Below, piece by piece: positions 10,001 to 19,593 of a stretch of DNA of 64,000 bases (position 1 is its first letter; the number at the start of each line of letters is the position of its first letter). Made by a program: the position numbers and the translations under genes. This DNA is from Candidatus Bathyarchaeota archaeon (GTDB lineage: Archaea; Thermoproteota; Bathyarchaeia; TCS64): positions 288,001-352,000 of the forward strand of contig CAVYVF010000023.1 in the NCBI GenBank assembly GCA_963771885.1, given 5' to 3'. The notes below the pieces were generated by a model, which was given only the letters and a program-made list of their open reading frames with translations, made no database searches and was not told where the DNA came from.

Positions 10001-11338
10001 TTGAGTTACCCGAAGATCGTAGTCACGCCTCCAGGTCCTAAGGCGCAGAAGGCCGTCGCAAGGGACCAGAGGTACATCTCCCCCTCCTTCGGCAGGGCTT
10101 ATCCCCTAGTCGTTAAGGAGGCGAAGGGCTGTATAGTAACCGATGTCGACGGTAACCAGTTCATCGACATGAACTCGGGCCTCGCCGTCATGAGCGTCGG
10201 ACACAGCCACCCCAAGGTCTTAAAGGCGATCCACGAGCAGACGGATAAGTTCCTCAGCTACAGCTACACAGACTTCTTTTATGAAAACTACCTAGATCTC
10301 GGCGAGCAACTCCACAGCATCGTGCCTGGGAACTTCGAGAAGAAGTTCTTCATGGGAAACAGCGGCGCTGAAGCGAATGAGGCGGCGATAAAACTCTCAC
10401 GCTGGCACTCGAAGCGACAGCTCATCCTCGCGTACATAAGTAGCTTCCACGGACGCACAATGGGCGCCGTCAGCCTAACGGCTAGCCGCCCGGCTCAGCG
10501 CCGATACTTTCACCCACTCGTACCCGGTGTAGAGCATATCTTCTACCCATACTGCTACAGGTGCCCATTCCACCTAGAGTGTCCAAGCTGCGACTACTAC
10601 TGTGTAGACTACATCGAGGAGTACCTTTTCAGTAAATTCGTGCCACCAGAAGAGGTTGCGATGCTCATCGCAGAAGCGGTGCAAGGCGAAGGCGGATACA
10701 TCGTTCCACCTGCGGGTTACTTCAAGAAGCTCAAGAAATTACTTGATAAGTACGGCATACTCTTCGCGGTCGATGAAGTGCAGTCGGGCATGGGCAGGAC
10801 GGGAAAGTGGTTCGCTATAGAGCACTTCGGTGTCACACCCGACATCGTCACAATCGCCAAGGCCATTGCCGCGGGCCTCCCGTTGGGCGTCATGGCCTCA
10901 CGGGCTGACCTACAGGACTGGACCCCTGGCAGCCACGCATCCACGTTCGGGGCGAACCCCGTTGCCTGCGCTGCGGCAAACGCCGTTATCAAGGCGATGA
11001 AGGAGGAAAAGATGCTCGAGAACGCCACAAAGCAGGGCATACACATCATGAAGAGGCTCAACGAGATGAAGGAGAGCCACCCCATGGTCGGTGACGTTCG
11101 CGGACTTGGCCTCATGTGCGGCCTCGAGTTGGTCAAGGATAAGAAGAGCAAGATCCCCGCCAGCCAAGAAACAGAGGACGTGATGATGGACTGCTTCAGG
11201 AAGGGCATCGCCGTCGTCAACTGCGGGAAGAGTGTCATACGCCTCATGCCACCGCTCGCCATCACGCAGGATCTAGTTGATAAGAGCCTCGACGTCCTCG
11301 ATGCGAGCATAGGCGTGATGGAGAAGGCCCACAAATAA
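10001..11338 (+). CDS. Class III PLP-dependent aminotransferase (4-aminobutyrate/acetylornithine family)
   Basis: NSGAEANEAA, FHGRT, EAVQGEGG, DEVQSGMGRTG, AKAIAAG (PLP Lys), HASTFG; TTG start after GGTGA. Confidence 0.93.
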   Translation: MSYPKIVVTPPGPKAQKAVARDQRYISPSFGRAYPLVVKEAKGCIVTDVDGNQFIDMNSGLAVMSVGHSHPKVLKAIHEQTDKFLSYSYTDFFYENYLDLGEQLHSIVPGNFEKKFFMGNSGAEANEAAIKLSRWHSKRQLILAYISSFHGRTMGAVSLTASRPAQRRYFHPLVPGVEHIFYPYCYRCPFHLECPSCDYYCVDYIEEYLFSKFVPPEEVAMLIAEAVQGEGGYIVPPAGYFKKLKKLLDKYGILFAVDEVQSGMGRTGKWFAIEHFGVTPDIVTIAKAIAAGLPLGVMASRADLQDWTPGSHASTFGANPVACAAANAVIKAMKEEKMLENATKQGIHIMKRLNEMKESHPMVGDVRGLGLMCGLELVKDKKSKIPASQETEDVMMDCFRKGIAVVNCGKSVIRLMPPLAITQDLVDKSLDVLDASIGVMEKAHK

Positions 11339-11355
11339 CCGGGCACTCCAACAGC

Positions 11356-12333
11356 CTACTTTTTCCTCTTAACAAACTCGGCAACGGCAGCGAAGCTGTT
11401 CCTCAATCTTTCAGCAAGAGGCCTACCAGGTATCTTCGACCTATCAAAGATCCCCATGAGGCCCTCCGGCTGAAGGAACAGAACGAGAACGACGAGCACC
11501 ATGGGGAAGAGCGACTCGTAGGCGAAGATGTCTACCCCCACGAATGTGACGCCGAGGGCGGTGAATATCTTCTGGGAGGCGACGACGAGAACGCCCCCAA
11601 CGATGGCTCCCGCAACCGTGTTAAGTCCACCTAAGACGCTGCCAGTCATTACGAGTATGAGGAACTGATCGTTCGCGTCGAGTCCCGTGTATCTCCAAAG
11701 GGGAATTAGCCCGCCCGCCAGCCCCGCAAGCAGACCCGTGATAAACCAGCTCAGGAGGTGTATTCCCTCAACGTTGACGCCTAGGCTGGAAGAGAGGGTC
11801 TCGTCCTCGGCGACCGCCCTGAAGGCTATGCCCTGCTTGACACGTGTAAGGAAGAACCATAATGAGAAGACGAGGAGTAGGCACGTCGGTACTGCGACAA
11901 GAAGCACGCCGGGGTAACCTTCCCACGTGAAGTCGCCGCTGAAGAAGTAAAAGCCGCTAGTTGGGGCACGCATCTCGTAGAGGTACCAGTAGCTGTAGAT
12001 GTTGATGAGACTGGCGAGGACCTGCGCCATAACGAAGAACGCGAAGGTAAGGGTGATCTCCCGCGCTCCCGTCGCCTTTATCGGGCGTACAACGAGCCTG
12101 TAAAGCCCCAACCCGAGCAGCCCACAGAAGAGCATCGAAACGGGGATCGCTCTGTAGGGATCGAAGCCGCTGAACTTCACTAGGGTGAAGGAGACGACGG
12201 TTCCGACTGTAGCAAACGCGGCGTGGGCGAAGTTCGGGAACTTCTCCATCATGTACGTGAAGGTGAAGCCGACGCAGAGGATGACAACAACACTGACTTG
12301 GATCAGCGTGCTGACGGTGAGAGGGGAGAGCAT
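11356..12333 (-). CDS. Branched-chain amino acid ABC transporter permease (LivH-like), orphan
   Basis: FPNFAH, GIAFRAVAED...LGVN, VLGGL motifs; ATG at 12333 preceded by GGTGA. Confidence 0.88.
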   Translation of the reverse strand: MLSPLTVSTLIQVSVVVILCVGFTFTYMMEKFPNFAHAAFATVGTVVSFTLVKFSGFDPYRAIPVSMLFCGLLGLGLYRLVVRPIKATGAREITLTFAFFVMAQVLASLINIYSYWYLYEMRAPTSGFYFFSGDFTWEGYPGVLLVAVPTCLLLVFSLWFFLTRVKQGIAFRAVAEDETLSSSLGVNVEGIHLLSWFITGLLAGLAGGLIPLWRYTGLDANDQFLILVMTGSVLGGLNTVAGAIVGGVLVVASQKIFTALGVTFVGVDIFAYESLFPMVLVVLVLFLQPEGLMGIFDRSKIPGRPLAERLRNSFAAVAEFVKRKK

Positions 12334-12457
12334 TCTCACCTTCCCCCCACGATAACGTCCACTAACACAGGAAGGCGCAGAACCCAGACCGAGCACGCGT
12401 CTCGCTTGTTGACCATCGTTCAATAATGCCTTTGGCAACAACCATATTAAAGCCTTA

Positions 12458-12470
12458 TGAACATTGTTCA
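12458..12470. promoter_or_regulatory. Putative TetR operator TGAACA-T-TGTTCA
   Basis: Perfect 6-1-6 inverted repeat between a TATA-like TATTAAA (12445-12451) and the TetR start. Confidence 0.65.
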
Positions 12471-12482
12471 ACAGTGGTGTGT

Positions 12483-13019
12483 TTGGCGGCGTATACGCGC
12501 GACGCGGAGGCCAAGAAGAGGCAGATACTGGATGCCTTCGCCGACCTCGTTAGGAAGAAAGGCTACCCCACTATCACCATGCGCGATATAGCAGACGCTG
12601 CCGGCGTTAGCGTCGGCATCATCTACAGGTACTTCCCCGCCGGTAAGCCCGAGGTGACGAGCAAGCTCTACGAGAGCTATCTCCTTACAACTACCCCATC
12701 CGAGATAGATCCAGACACCCCTGGGACCCTCGAGGAGGAAATACGCCGCCATATCAAGACCCATAGGGATAACGCAGCCCTCTACAGGGCCTTCGATGTC
12801 GCAAACCTTGAGGACCACGACATCTTCGCAGGGAGCAAGAGGACACGCGACGCCGTCCTTGCCGAAAGGTACAAGGACAATAAGAGGCTCAGGAGGATAT
12901 CGCTGAACTACGCTATAGTGGACGCCATCGTCCACAGGCACGTACTCCTAGAGAAGATAACAGAGACGGATGAGGATCTGGTCCAGTTGCTCGTCGGGCT
13001 CTTTCTGCCTACTTCTTGA
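12483..13019 (+). CDS. TetR/AcrR family transcriptional regulator
   Basis: ILDAFADL..KGY...TMRDIADAAGVSVGIIYRYF HTH; TTG start after GGTG. Confidence 0.92.
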   Translation: MAAYTRDAEAKKRQILDAFADLVRKKGYPTITMRDIADAAGVSVGIIYRYFPAGKPEVTSKLYESYLLTTTPSEIDPDTPGTLEEEIRRHIKTHRDNAALYRAFDVANLEDHDIFAGSKRTRDAVLAERYKDNKRLRRISLNYAIVDAIVHRHVLLEKITETDEDLVQLLVGLFLPTS

Positions 13020-14532
13020 GGACAGTTATCTTCGTGAACTGGGTGCTCGTCACCTGCATGAGCCCGTCGAAGGGCTCGCGGATGTTGCAGTTCTCAAGCC
13101 TTATGCGGGCTCCTGCGGTGAGGCCCTCAACGGCCTTGCCGTGATCCCTCCAGAGGCTTATACGCGCCTCTCCTGTGCCGTCGTCGACACGGAAGCTAAC
13201 CACATTGGTCGGCCCCCTCATCGTGTTCACCTCGCGGCTGATCGGGTCGTCGAGCAACTGACCTTCAATAGTTATGTTTTTTGTGCCTTCACGCAGGTCC
13301 TTGATCTGTGTGACGCGCTCCGAGGCGTCCACCATCTCAACCATGACGCCGTCGGGGTTGATCTTCATGGCACCCATTCGACCCACGTTCAAGTCGATAG
13401 TGTTCCCGAATCCGGCGCGCGTGTAGCCATTCTCCACGGCAACGACCGTGCCAATGGGCATGTCGCCGAGGGCGTTTACATCATCGTCCCAGAGGCTTAG
13501 GCGTACAATGCCCGTCTCGTCCTCTAAGACAACGGAGGCTACTCGCCCCTTCGTGCCGTCTTTCCTCGTGAACTCGCGTGGCTCGTTGACGCTCATCACC
13601 CTGCCGGCGACGCTGACGCTGCGCATTCCGTCACGTAGCTCGCCGATCTTCGTCCACATACTGAGCGGCTCATGTGGGAGGACGCCCTCCTCTAGGACCT
13701 CGACTTCGCTGCTCCTGTTAAGGTGGACTTCAAAGCCTCCTCCTTGACGGACTTTAGAGTTGGCGCCGATGATCCGGACACGTGTGCCGTCGCCCCACTT
13801 GGCGGCTTCGTCCACTTTCTCGTCCCAGAGGACTGTGGTTATCTGTCTGCCACCCTCCTCGAGTGTGAGTCGGGCGACCTTGCCCTCGGTACCGTCCTTC
13901 CTGCTGAAGGTTGAGGGCTGGGACCTGCCCATGATTACTCCCTCGACGTTGACGGGGCCCGTGGAGCTTACCTGCCCCGGAGATTTGAAGAAGGAATCCA
14001 TCTTGGGGAACTCGGAGTCGGTGACGTCGAGTGGCTCCATGTAGACGGTACCCCTGTTGCCGACGTTGACCTCGATCTCTCCGGTCCCCTGCCTCTCGCG
14101 GCTGTAGCCATGGAGAACCCTGATGATCTTGCCCCTGCCGACCTTGCTAGCGACTACGTGGTCCGCCTTATCATCCCAGAAGACGACGGCGACGATGCCC
14201 GTGGTATCCCCGATTAGCATGCGTAGCACCTTGCCCTGTCTGCCGTCGGCGCGTTGGAAGGTCCGGGGGGGCAGAAAAACATGCAGAACACGCCCCGTGA
14301 GGCTGACGTCGTTGAGCCCAGAGGTGAGGGCACCTATTTTGAGCTTGGCCTCAATGCGCTCCCCGGCGCCGTCCATGCCGAGGCTAGATGCCACGAGGTG
14401 CGCCGCGGCCTCGTCGGTGAGGAGCCCTGCAGCCTTCGCCTTCTCCTCCTGTATGAGGCGCTCAACCGCCTCACGTGTAAGGGTCGGCTTCGTAGCAAGA
14501 ATCCTCTTTATGACGTCCTCAGTGGCGGACAT
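13009..14532 (-). CDS. rpa: Replication protein A (multi OB-fold ssDNA-binding protein)
   Basis: N-terminal GLLTDEAAAHLVA domain plus four OB repeats (FxRxDG..GxV...DxTGxxxxxxW). Confidence 0.9.
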   Translation of the reverse strand: MSATEDVIKRILATKPTLTREAVERLIQEEKAKAAGLLTDEAAAHLVASSLGMDGAGERIEAKLKIGALTSGLNDVSLTGRVLHVFLPPRTFQRADGRQGKVLRMLIGDTTGIVAVVFWDDKADHVVASKVGRGKIIRVLHGYSRERQGTGEIEVNVGNRGTVYMEPLDVTDSEFPKMDSFFKSPGQVSSTGPVNVEGVIMGRSQPSTFSRKDGTEGKVARLTLEEGGRQITTVLWDEKVDEAAKWGDGTRVRIIGANSKVRQGGGFEVHLNRSSEVEVLEEGVLPHEPLSMWTKIGELRDGMRSVSVAGRVMSVNEPREFTRKDGTKGRVASVVLEDETGIVRLSLWDDDVNALGDMPIGTVVAVENGYTRAGFGNTIDLNVGRMGAMKINPDGVMVEMVDASERVTQIKDLREGTKNITIEGQLLDDPISREVNTMRGPTNVVSFRVDDGTGEARISLWRDHGKAVEGLTAGARIRLENCNIREPFDGLMQVTSTQFTKITVLKK

Positions 14533-14593
14533 GGCTGTAACGCCCCTAACTGAGAATCGGAGCTATAAAAGTGCGTTTATGGCCTAAGTTCGT

Positions 14594-14722
14594 TTACTGC
14601 TTCTTATCCTCGGGCTTCGAAATGAGGACGTAGACGACGCCGAGGACTATGACCGCCGTAGAGAGCACCCATGAGAGGTCAACGAGGATCGTATAGTAAC
14701 TGGCGATGTCCATACCGATCAT
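14594..14722 (-). CDS. Small single-TM membrane protein, 42 aa (not in ORF track)
   Basis: MIGMDIASYYTILVDLSWVLSTAVIVLGVVYVLISKPEDKKQ*; fills the gap between co-oriented genes. Confidence 0.65.
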   Translation of the reverse strand: MIGMDIASYYTILVDLSWVLSTAVIVLGVVYVLISKPEDKKQ

Positions 14723-14749
14723 AGATGTTGAGGGCGAGGGTATTTAGGC

Positions 14750-15169
14750 TTAGTCTTCCTCTGCGCGGACCTGGGCTCGCCACTCCCCGGTGAGTAATCT
14801 GTACGCCTCGTCCTCCTCATCGACCCTGTCGTAGTTGCCGAGGGCGTCGGCAATCCTCTGGCCGAGGAGGTGGTAGCATAGTCCCGCCTCGCCGTCCACG
14901 ACGCGGAAGTAGAAGTCGTCGCAACCGCAGTAACCAGCTGTCGGGTATATCTGGTACTCCCCGCCCTGGCCGACAACCACCCACGTCACCCTTCCCGATG
15001 GGCGGAACGTGTACCTCTTTACACGCCTCTCCTGCACAAGGCGCCACGCCTTATCGAATCGGTCCCCAAATGTGCCCTTGAGCCTCTCCCAGTTGCTGCG
15101 GCTAAGCTGCCTCTCCGTGCGCACCTCGTCTAGCACACGCTCAAGGATGAGGCGCTCCTCGGTCACCAT
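14750..15169 (-). CDS. SWIM zinc-finger protein
   Basis: YCGCDDF...CYHLL (CxC-xn-CxH). Confidence 0.85.
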   Translation of the reverse strand: MVTEERLILERVLDEVRTERQLSRSNWERLKGTFGDRFDKAWRLVQERRVKRYTFRPSGRVTWVVVGQGGEYQIYPTAGYCGCDDFYFRVVDGEAGLCYHLLGQRIADALGNYDRVDEEDEAYRLLTGEWRAQVRAEED

Positions 15170-15261
15170 TCGGGATCAGGGGTATTCCACGGCACGCCTT
15201 TTCACGGTTGCGGAAGGGAACCGGTTTAAATCCGGCGGGCAGAGGAGGTTTCAGGGATCCC

Positions 15262-16101
15262 TTGATACGCCTGCTCACCCCCTGGCCCGCGCTGCTGGCG
15301 GACATAGGCGAAAGGGTACTCATCGTGGCCGACCTCCATATCGGACTAGAGTACGAGCTGAGTAAGGCAGGCGTGAACATCCCCTACCAAACAGAGCGCA
15401 TACAAGGGGAACTCGTAGCACTCTGCAAAGAACATAAGCCGGATCGACTCGTTATCGCCGGTGATGTGAAACACGGCGTCCCAGTAACCAGCTTCCAGGA
15501 AAAACGTGAGCTGCCCCGACTCTTCGAGGTGTTGCGAGAAGTCGTTTCAAAGATCGACGTGACCCGAGGCAACCACGATGGAAACATACAGGACCTCGCC
15601 ACCAAGGAGGTGGAGATACACAGTAGCAAGGGCATAATCCTTGGCGACGACTTCAAGATCGCCGTCTTTCATGGCCACGCCTGGCCAAAAGCGAAGGCAC
15701 TAGAGGCTGACTGTCTCATAGCGGGGCATAACCATCCCACGGTGCTCCTTCGCACACCCCTAGGCATCAGGATGGTGCAACGGGCATGGGTCAAGGGCGT
15801 CGCCGAGCCCGAGAAGCTTGCCAAGGCTTTCCTGGAACAGGACGCCGTCAGGTATGAGGGCAACCCGGTTACAGCCTTCAACGACAACTATGAAGCAGAG
15901 ATCGGTGCCCCTGAGATGATACTCATGCCCACCTTCAACGACCTCCTCGGTGGCCTACCCGTAAACGGCGAGGCACCACAGAGCCTTTTAGGCCCCATGC
16001 TCAGGAGGAACGCAATAAACACAGAGGACTTCGAGGTCTTCCTCCTCGACGGCACGTTCCTAGGCAGGGTAGGCTTCCTGCGCGAGCTGAACGCGCGGTA
16101 G
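15262..16101 (+). CDS. Calcineurin-like metallophosphoesterase
   Basis: ADLHIG, GDVKH, GNHD, HGH, GHNHP, MPTFN motifs; TTG start inferred. Confidence 0.9.
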   Translation: MIRLLTPWPALLADIGERVLIVADLHIGLEYELSKAGVNIPYQTERIQGELVALCKEHKPDRLVIAGDVKHGVPVTSFQEKRELPRLFEVLREVVSKIDVTRGNHDGNIQDLATKEVEIHSSKGIILGDDFKIAVFHGHAWPKAKALEADCLIAGHNHPTVLLRTPLGIRMVQRAWVKGVAEPEKLAKAFLEQDAVRYEGNPVTAFNDNYEAEIGAPEMILMPTFNDLLGGLPVNGEAPQSLLGPMLRRNAINTEDFEVFLLDGTFLGRVGFLRELNAR

Positions 16102-16289
16102 GTTCAGATATATCTATCAGGCTTTTCCAAGGGAGCCCGTGGGAGAAATTGCTGCATCGAAGTTAAACCAGCCTCATGAAGCACAGATTTTTGATCTACC
16201 GATAATACTAGTCGAGGACTGATGGAGACCTCGACGAGGTGTGCGCCGAGGCGCACTTATGACGACGCCATTAGAAGCAGGTGGATGAG

Positions 16290-17192
16290 CTAGGCAAGCA
16301 GCCTGCCGAAGACCTCGCTGCAGAGGTGGCACTTGTTCACGTAGACGCCCTTAGGCGGCCCATTGAGTAGCCCTATGGGTCCTTTCTCGCTTAGAATATT
16401 GAACACATCGGCATCCCACGCCTTGTCCAGCATCTCACCAAGCTCAAAGTCATCGAGTTTACCTAGACTGAATCCGGGTATCGTCGCCGAGGCGGAACAG
16501 CATGGGAGCACCTCGCCGCTCGGCTTCACGCCCAGGTCGCGGAGCACGGCCTTACACCCACCTGTGAGAGGGGAGGCTTCGGGGTGCCACTCTCCCCGGG
16601 GCAGGGACGCGCCTCTACCGACGGGTGTGAAGCCCGATTCGATCCCGATGGCGGCGTGGCCGTCCATCTCACCCGGCGGCGGAACCTCGTCCCCGAGTTT
16701 AGTAGCGATGTCCGCGAGTCGGGAACTCCCACAGCTCAATGCAGACATCACAACCATCTTCAGCCCTAACCGCTTCGCGGCGGCGTAGACGTGCCCGACC
16801 CTCTCGAAGGGGACATAAGCCTGGTGGAAGTCGTCAGCGCTTATGTTCACGACGTCCAGCCCGGCGTCTCTGAGGACCCTCAGCGTGTCTGACGCCTTTT
16901 CGTGCGACTCGGCCCAGTTACAGTTGGTGACAAGCTCGGTCCTAAGGCCCCGCCCCGAGGCATAGGCGACGAGGTTCTCGACAAGTGAGGGGTAGAGCAT
17001 CGGCTCGCCCCCCGTAAGGCTAATCCATTCCACCCCCGCTCTCGACACCTTATCCACGTAGTCGTACGCGTTGTAGCTACTGATCGTCGCCGTCTTCTCG
17101 GGGCCGCAGCTGAACCAGCAGTGGGCGCAGGAAGCGTCGCACTGCTCCGTTAGTATTAACCCGACCCTGAATGGCTGGAGGCGGACAGGCAT
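16290..17192 (-). CDS. Radical SAM protein with C-terminal Cys-containing (SPASM/twitch-like) region
   Basis: CDASCAHC, TGGEP, VTN, GEVLPCC, CHLC. Confidence 0.9.
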   Translation of the reverse strand: MPVRLQPFRVGLILTEQCDASCAHCWFSCGPEKTATISSYNAYDYVDKVSRAGVEWISLTGGEPMLYPSLVENLVAYASGRGLRTELVTNCNWAESHEKASDTLRVLRDAGLDVVNISADDFHQAYVPFERVGHVYAAAKRLGLKMVVMSALSCGSSRLADIATKLGDEVPPPGEMDGHAAIGIESGFTPVGRGASLPRGEWHPEASPLTGGCKAVLRDLGVKPSGEVLPCCSASATIPGFSLGKLDDFELGEMLDKAWDADVFNILSEKGPIGLLNGPPKGVYVNKCHLCSEVFGRLLA

Positions 17193-17193
17193 C

Positions 17194-18987
17194 CTAGAGC
17201 TTCCCCAAAGTAGCCCTGATCAACTCGTTCGCCTGATAGAAACCGTCCTCCACGAGGTTCCGCTCCCGGACTAGTTTCGTGTAGAGAAACTTGAACTCGG
17301 GGCTCTGGTGGAGCGTCATGTTGGCGAGCTCCGAGATCTGGCTTATCCTCGGGAAGGGCTGGGCGCCGAACGTCTCCATGCTTACCTGATTGGCGATGTC
17401 CGCGTCGCTGTGAGCGATGGGATTGACGTTACGCCCCACCCACATGAGACACCTGTTCAGGTCTGCCACCTTCACCGAGTCGCCCTCTTTCGCGACTCGC
17501 TTCGCGGCCTCCTCAAGCTTCTCGGAAAGCTCCACGAACGTCTTCGCCTCCCCAATCAAGACGTGGAGGTTGTAGAAGTCTACTATCTTGTCCGACTTCC
17601 TCTGCATGTCTTCGAGTATCTCGACCATCCTCTTCGCGTACTTCGTATAGTTGAAGGGGAGGACCTGGCAGTTGACGAGGCGCCAAATGAGGTTGAGCTC
17701 AATCTTTACATCAGTTACGAGTATGTCGAGGTCCATCTTATCATGGGTCTCGAAGGGTGTGTGCCACCACCAGCCTCCACCCGAGTAGTTGACGTGTGGA
17801 TCGTAGGTCTCCTTTGGGCGGCTTGTCGTAACGCCAAAGTGAGGAAGCCCGGTGCCCCAAAAGCTGCCATCGCCAGCACGCGTTGGCCAGCGATAATGCT
17901 CCACCGCTATCCCGGTAGCGTCTTTGATGCTCTCGAGGACAACCTCCAATACCTCGCTGTACGGCGCCTCGCGGACAGTCGTTGCGCCCTGGCAGCCGGG
18001 GGAGTCGATGTTGTAACTCGCCACGCAGTTGTAGCGGAGGTCATGCCAGAAAGCGTCGTTGAACCACGTCGAGCCGGCGTACTTGCCGATCTCGTGGCCC
18101 GTCCAGTAGGCGATCCTGACACTGCGGCGGAGCTTATCCCTGTGCTTGTTTAGTATGCGGGCGACCTCCATGATGGCTGTGTCGCCACTGATGTTGTCGG
18201 TTGCGCCCATGCAATAGGGTGGCGTATCGACGTGGCCGTTGACGAGTATGAACTTCTCAGGCTCTACGCTACCCCTGATCTCGGTGACAAGCAGTGGCAG
18301 CTTCTTCCATTTTGTCTCGGCGAAACTGACGATGTGTACTCTCATGCCGCCGCATTGCGCCATTTTGCGTAGCTTGGCGCCATCCCTGTTCGAAACGTGG
18401 AGTATCGCGGGTATCTTGGGTATTAGGTGGAAGTTCTCCGGAGTTGGGTTGCCGGAGACGGAGAAATCAGCCCTCTGATGGCAGACGCTCGGCATGAAGT
18501 CGTCCTGCTCGATGACGATGAGCCCGGCGACGCCCATCTCCTGAAGTGTGAGCAGCAACTTACCCTGCAGTCCCATCCAGTCTCCGCTCGTCTTCTGCTC
18601 ACAGAGCACGATCTTGTCTCGGCATTCCTGATAGCCGATCATATCTGGGGGTACGTAGATGACCTCGGCCTCGAAGCCATCCGGCGTCGTGGAGCCAGCT
18701 TGCCTGTAGGGGGTGGTCTGTATCTCCATGACCTGCGGCGCCGTCACCGTCAGCTTGGCAGTCTTCGGGTCGGTAATATACGCCTCGTACCGGAGCACCT
18801 TTACCTCGAGCCCATACACCTCGAGCTTCCCCTTCATCACCTGTATGACCTTCTCCTCCTCGGGACTGCCCGAGTGGAGGGGTGGGTACTGCATCAGCTC
18901 GTCGAAGTTGGCGCCGAGCGTCTCTTTCGAGATCTCAGACTCCATCTTCCTCAGGAGCTTTACGTCGTCTTTGCCTAGGAGAATCAT
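17194..18987 (-). CDS. M28 family peptidase with PA-like insert
   Basis: GHVDT, GATDNxSG, WTGHExG, NIDSPG, WWWHT motifs. Confidence 0.85.
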   Translation of the reverse strand: MILLGKDDVKLLRKMESEISKETLGANFDELMQYPPLHSGSPEEEKVIQVMKGKLEVYGLEVKVLRYEAYITDPKTAKLTVTAPQVMEIQTTPYRQAGSTTPDGFEAEVIYVPPDMIGYQECRDKIVLCEQKTSGDWMGLQGKLLLTLQEMGVAGLIVIEQDDFMPSVCHQRADFSVSGNPTPENFHLIPKIPAILHVSNRDGAKLRKMAQCGGMRVHIVSFAETKWKKLPLLVTEIRGSVEPEKFILVNGHVDTPPYCMGATDNISGDTAIMEVARILNKHRDKLRRSVRIAYWTGHEIGKYAGSTWFNDAFWHDLRYNCVASYNIDSPGCQGATTVREAPYSEVLEVVLESIKDATGIAVEHYRWPTRAGDGSFWGTGLPHFGVTTSRPKETYDPHVNYSGGGWWWHTPFETHDKMDLDILVTDVKIELNLIWRLVNCQVLPFNYTKYAKRMVEILEDMQRKSDKIVDFYNLHVLIGEAKTFVELSEKLEEAAKRVAKEGDSVKVADLNRCLMWVGRNVNPIAHSDADIANQVSMETFGAQPFPRISQISELANMTLHQSPEFKFLYTKLVRERNLVEDGFYQANELIRATLGKL

Positions 18988-19098
18988 GGTTATCGGGTAT
19001 CACGGCTGCGGAAAGTGGGTATAACACTATCGAGGGAGAGGAATAGCGGCGTGATTTGGCGATAGTTTGATTTCCGCTGAGGCTCAGATGCGATTGGA

Positions 19099-19458
19099 AT
19101 GATCACGAGAGGTAGGGCGGTGAAGTTCGCCGAGGAGTGGATCGACGCCTGGAACTCTCACGACCTCGACTTGATCCTCTCACACTACTCCGACGACTTC
19201 GAGATGAGCAGCCCCCGAATCGTCCAGGTTATGAACGTGCCCTCGGGGACGCTGAAGGGAAAGAATAACGTCCGCATGTACTGGGAGAAGTCGCTAAGCC
19301 AGTCCCCCAATCTAAGGTTCGAGCTTATCGAGGTACTGGTGGGCGTAGAGAGCCTCGTCGTCTACTACCACAACGTGACCCGGGACAAGAAGGCAGCAGA
19401 GGTCTTTGTCTTCGGCCCCGATGGACTTGTAGTCAAGTCGATGGCCCACTACGATTGA
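19099..19458 (+). CDS. NTF2/SnoaL-like protein
   Basis: FAEEWIDAWNSHDLDxILSHYSDD...AHY pattern. Confidence 0.88.
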   Translation: MITRGRAVKFAEEWIDAWNSHDLDLILSHYSDDFEMSSPRIVQVMNVPSGTLKGKNNVRMYWEKSLSQSPNLRFELIEVLVGVESLVVYYHNVTRDKKAAEVFVFGPDGLVVKSMAHYD

Positions 19459-19471
19459 TTCCCAAAGGCGA

Positions 19472-19549
19472 TGGTGGGACCGCCCGGATTTGAACCGGGG
19501 ATCACGTGGTCCCGAACCACGTATCCTAGCCAAGCTAGACCACGATCCC
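19472..19549 (-). tRNA. tRNA-Pro(CGG), CCA encoded
   Basis: Reverse complement GGGATCG...CGTGG-TT-CGG-GA-CCACG...GGTTCAAATCC...CGGTCCC-ACCA folds as a cloverleaf. Confidence 0.96.
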
Positions 19550-19593
19550 AGCCGTATTAGGCGGGGTGCGGCTATACTTAAAAACGATGTGGG

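Noticed and set aside
17308..18153. Long antisense ORFs (also 10717-11346, 34441-35178, 35343-36068, 51651-52322)
   Set aside because: Shadows of well-supported genes on the opposite strand in GC-rich DNA; no recognisable motifs.
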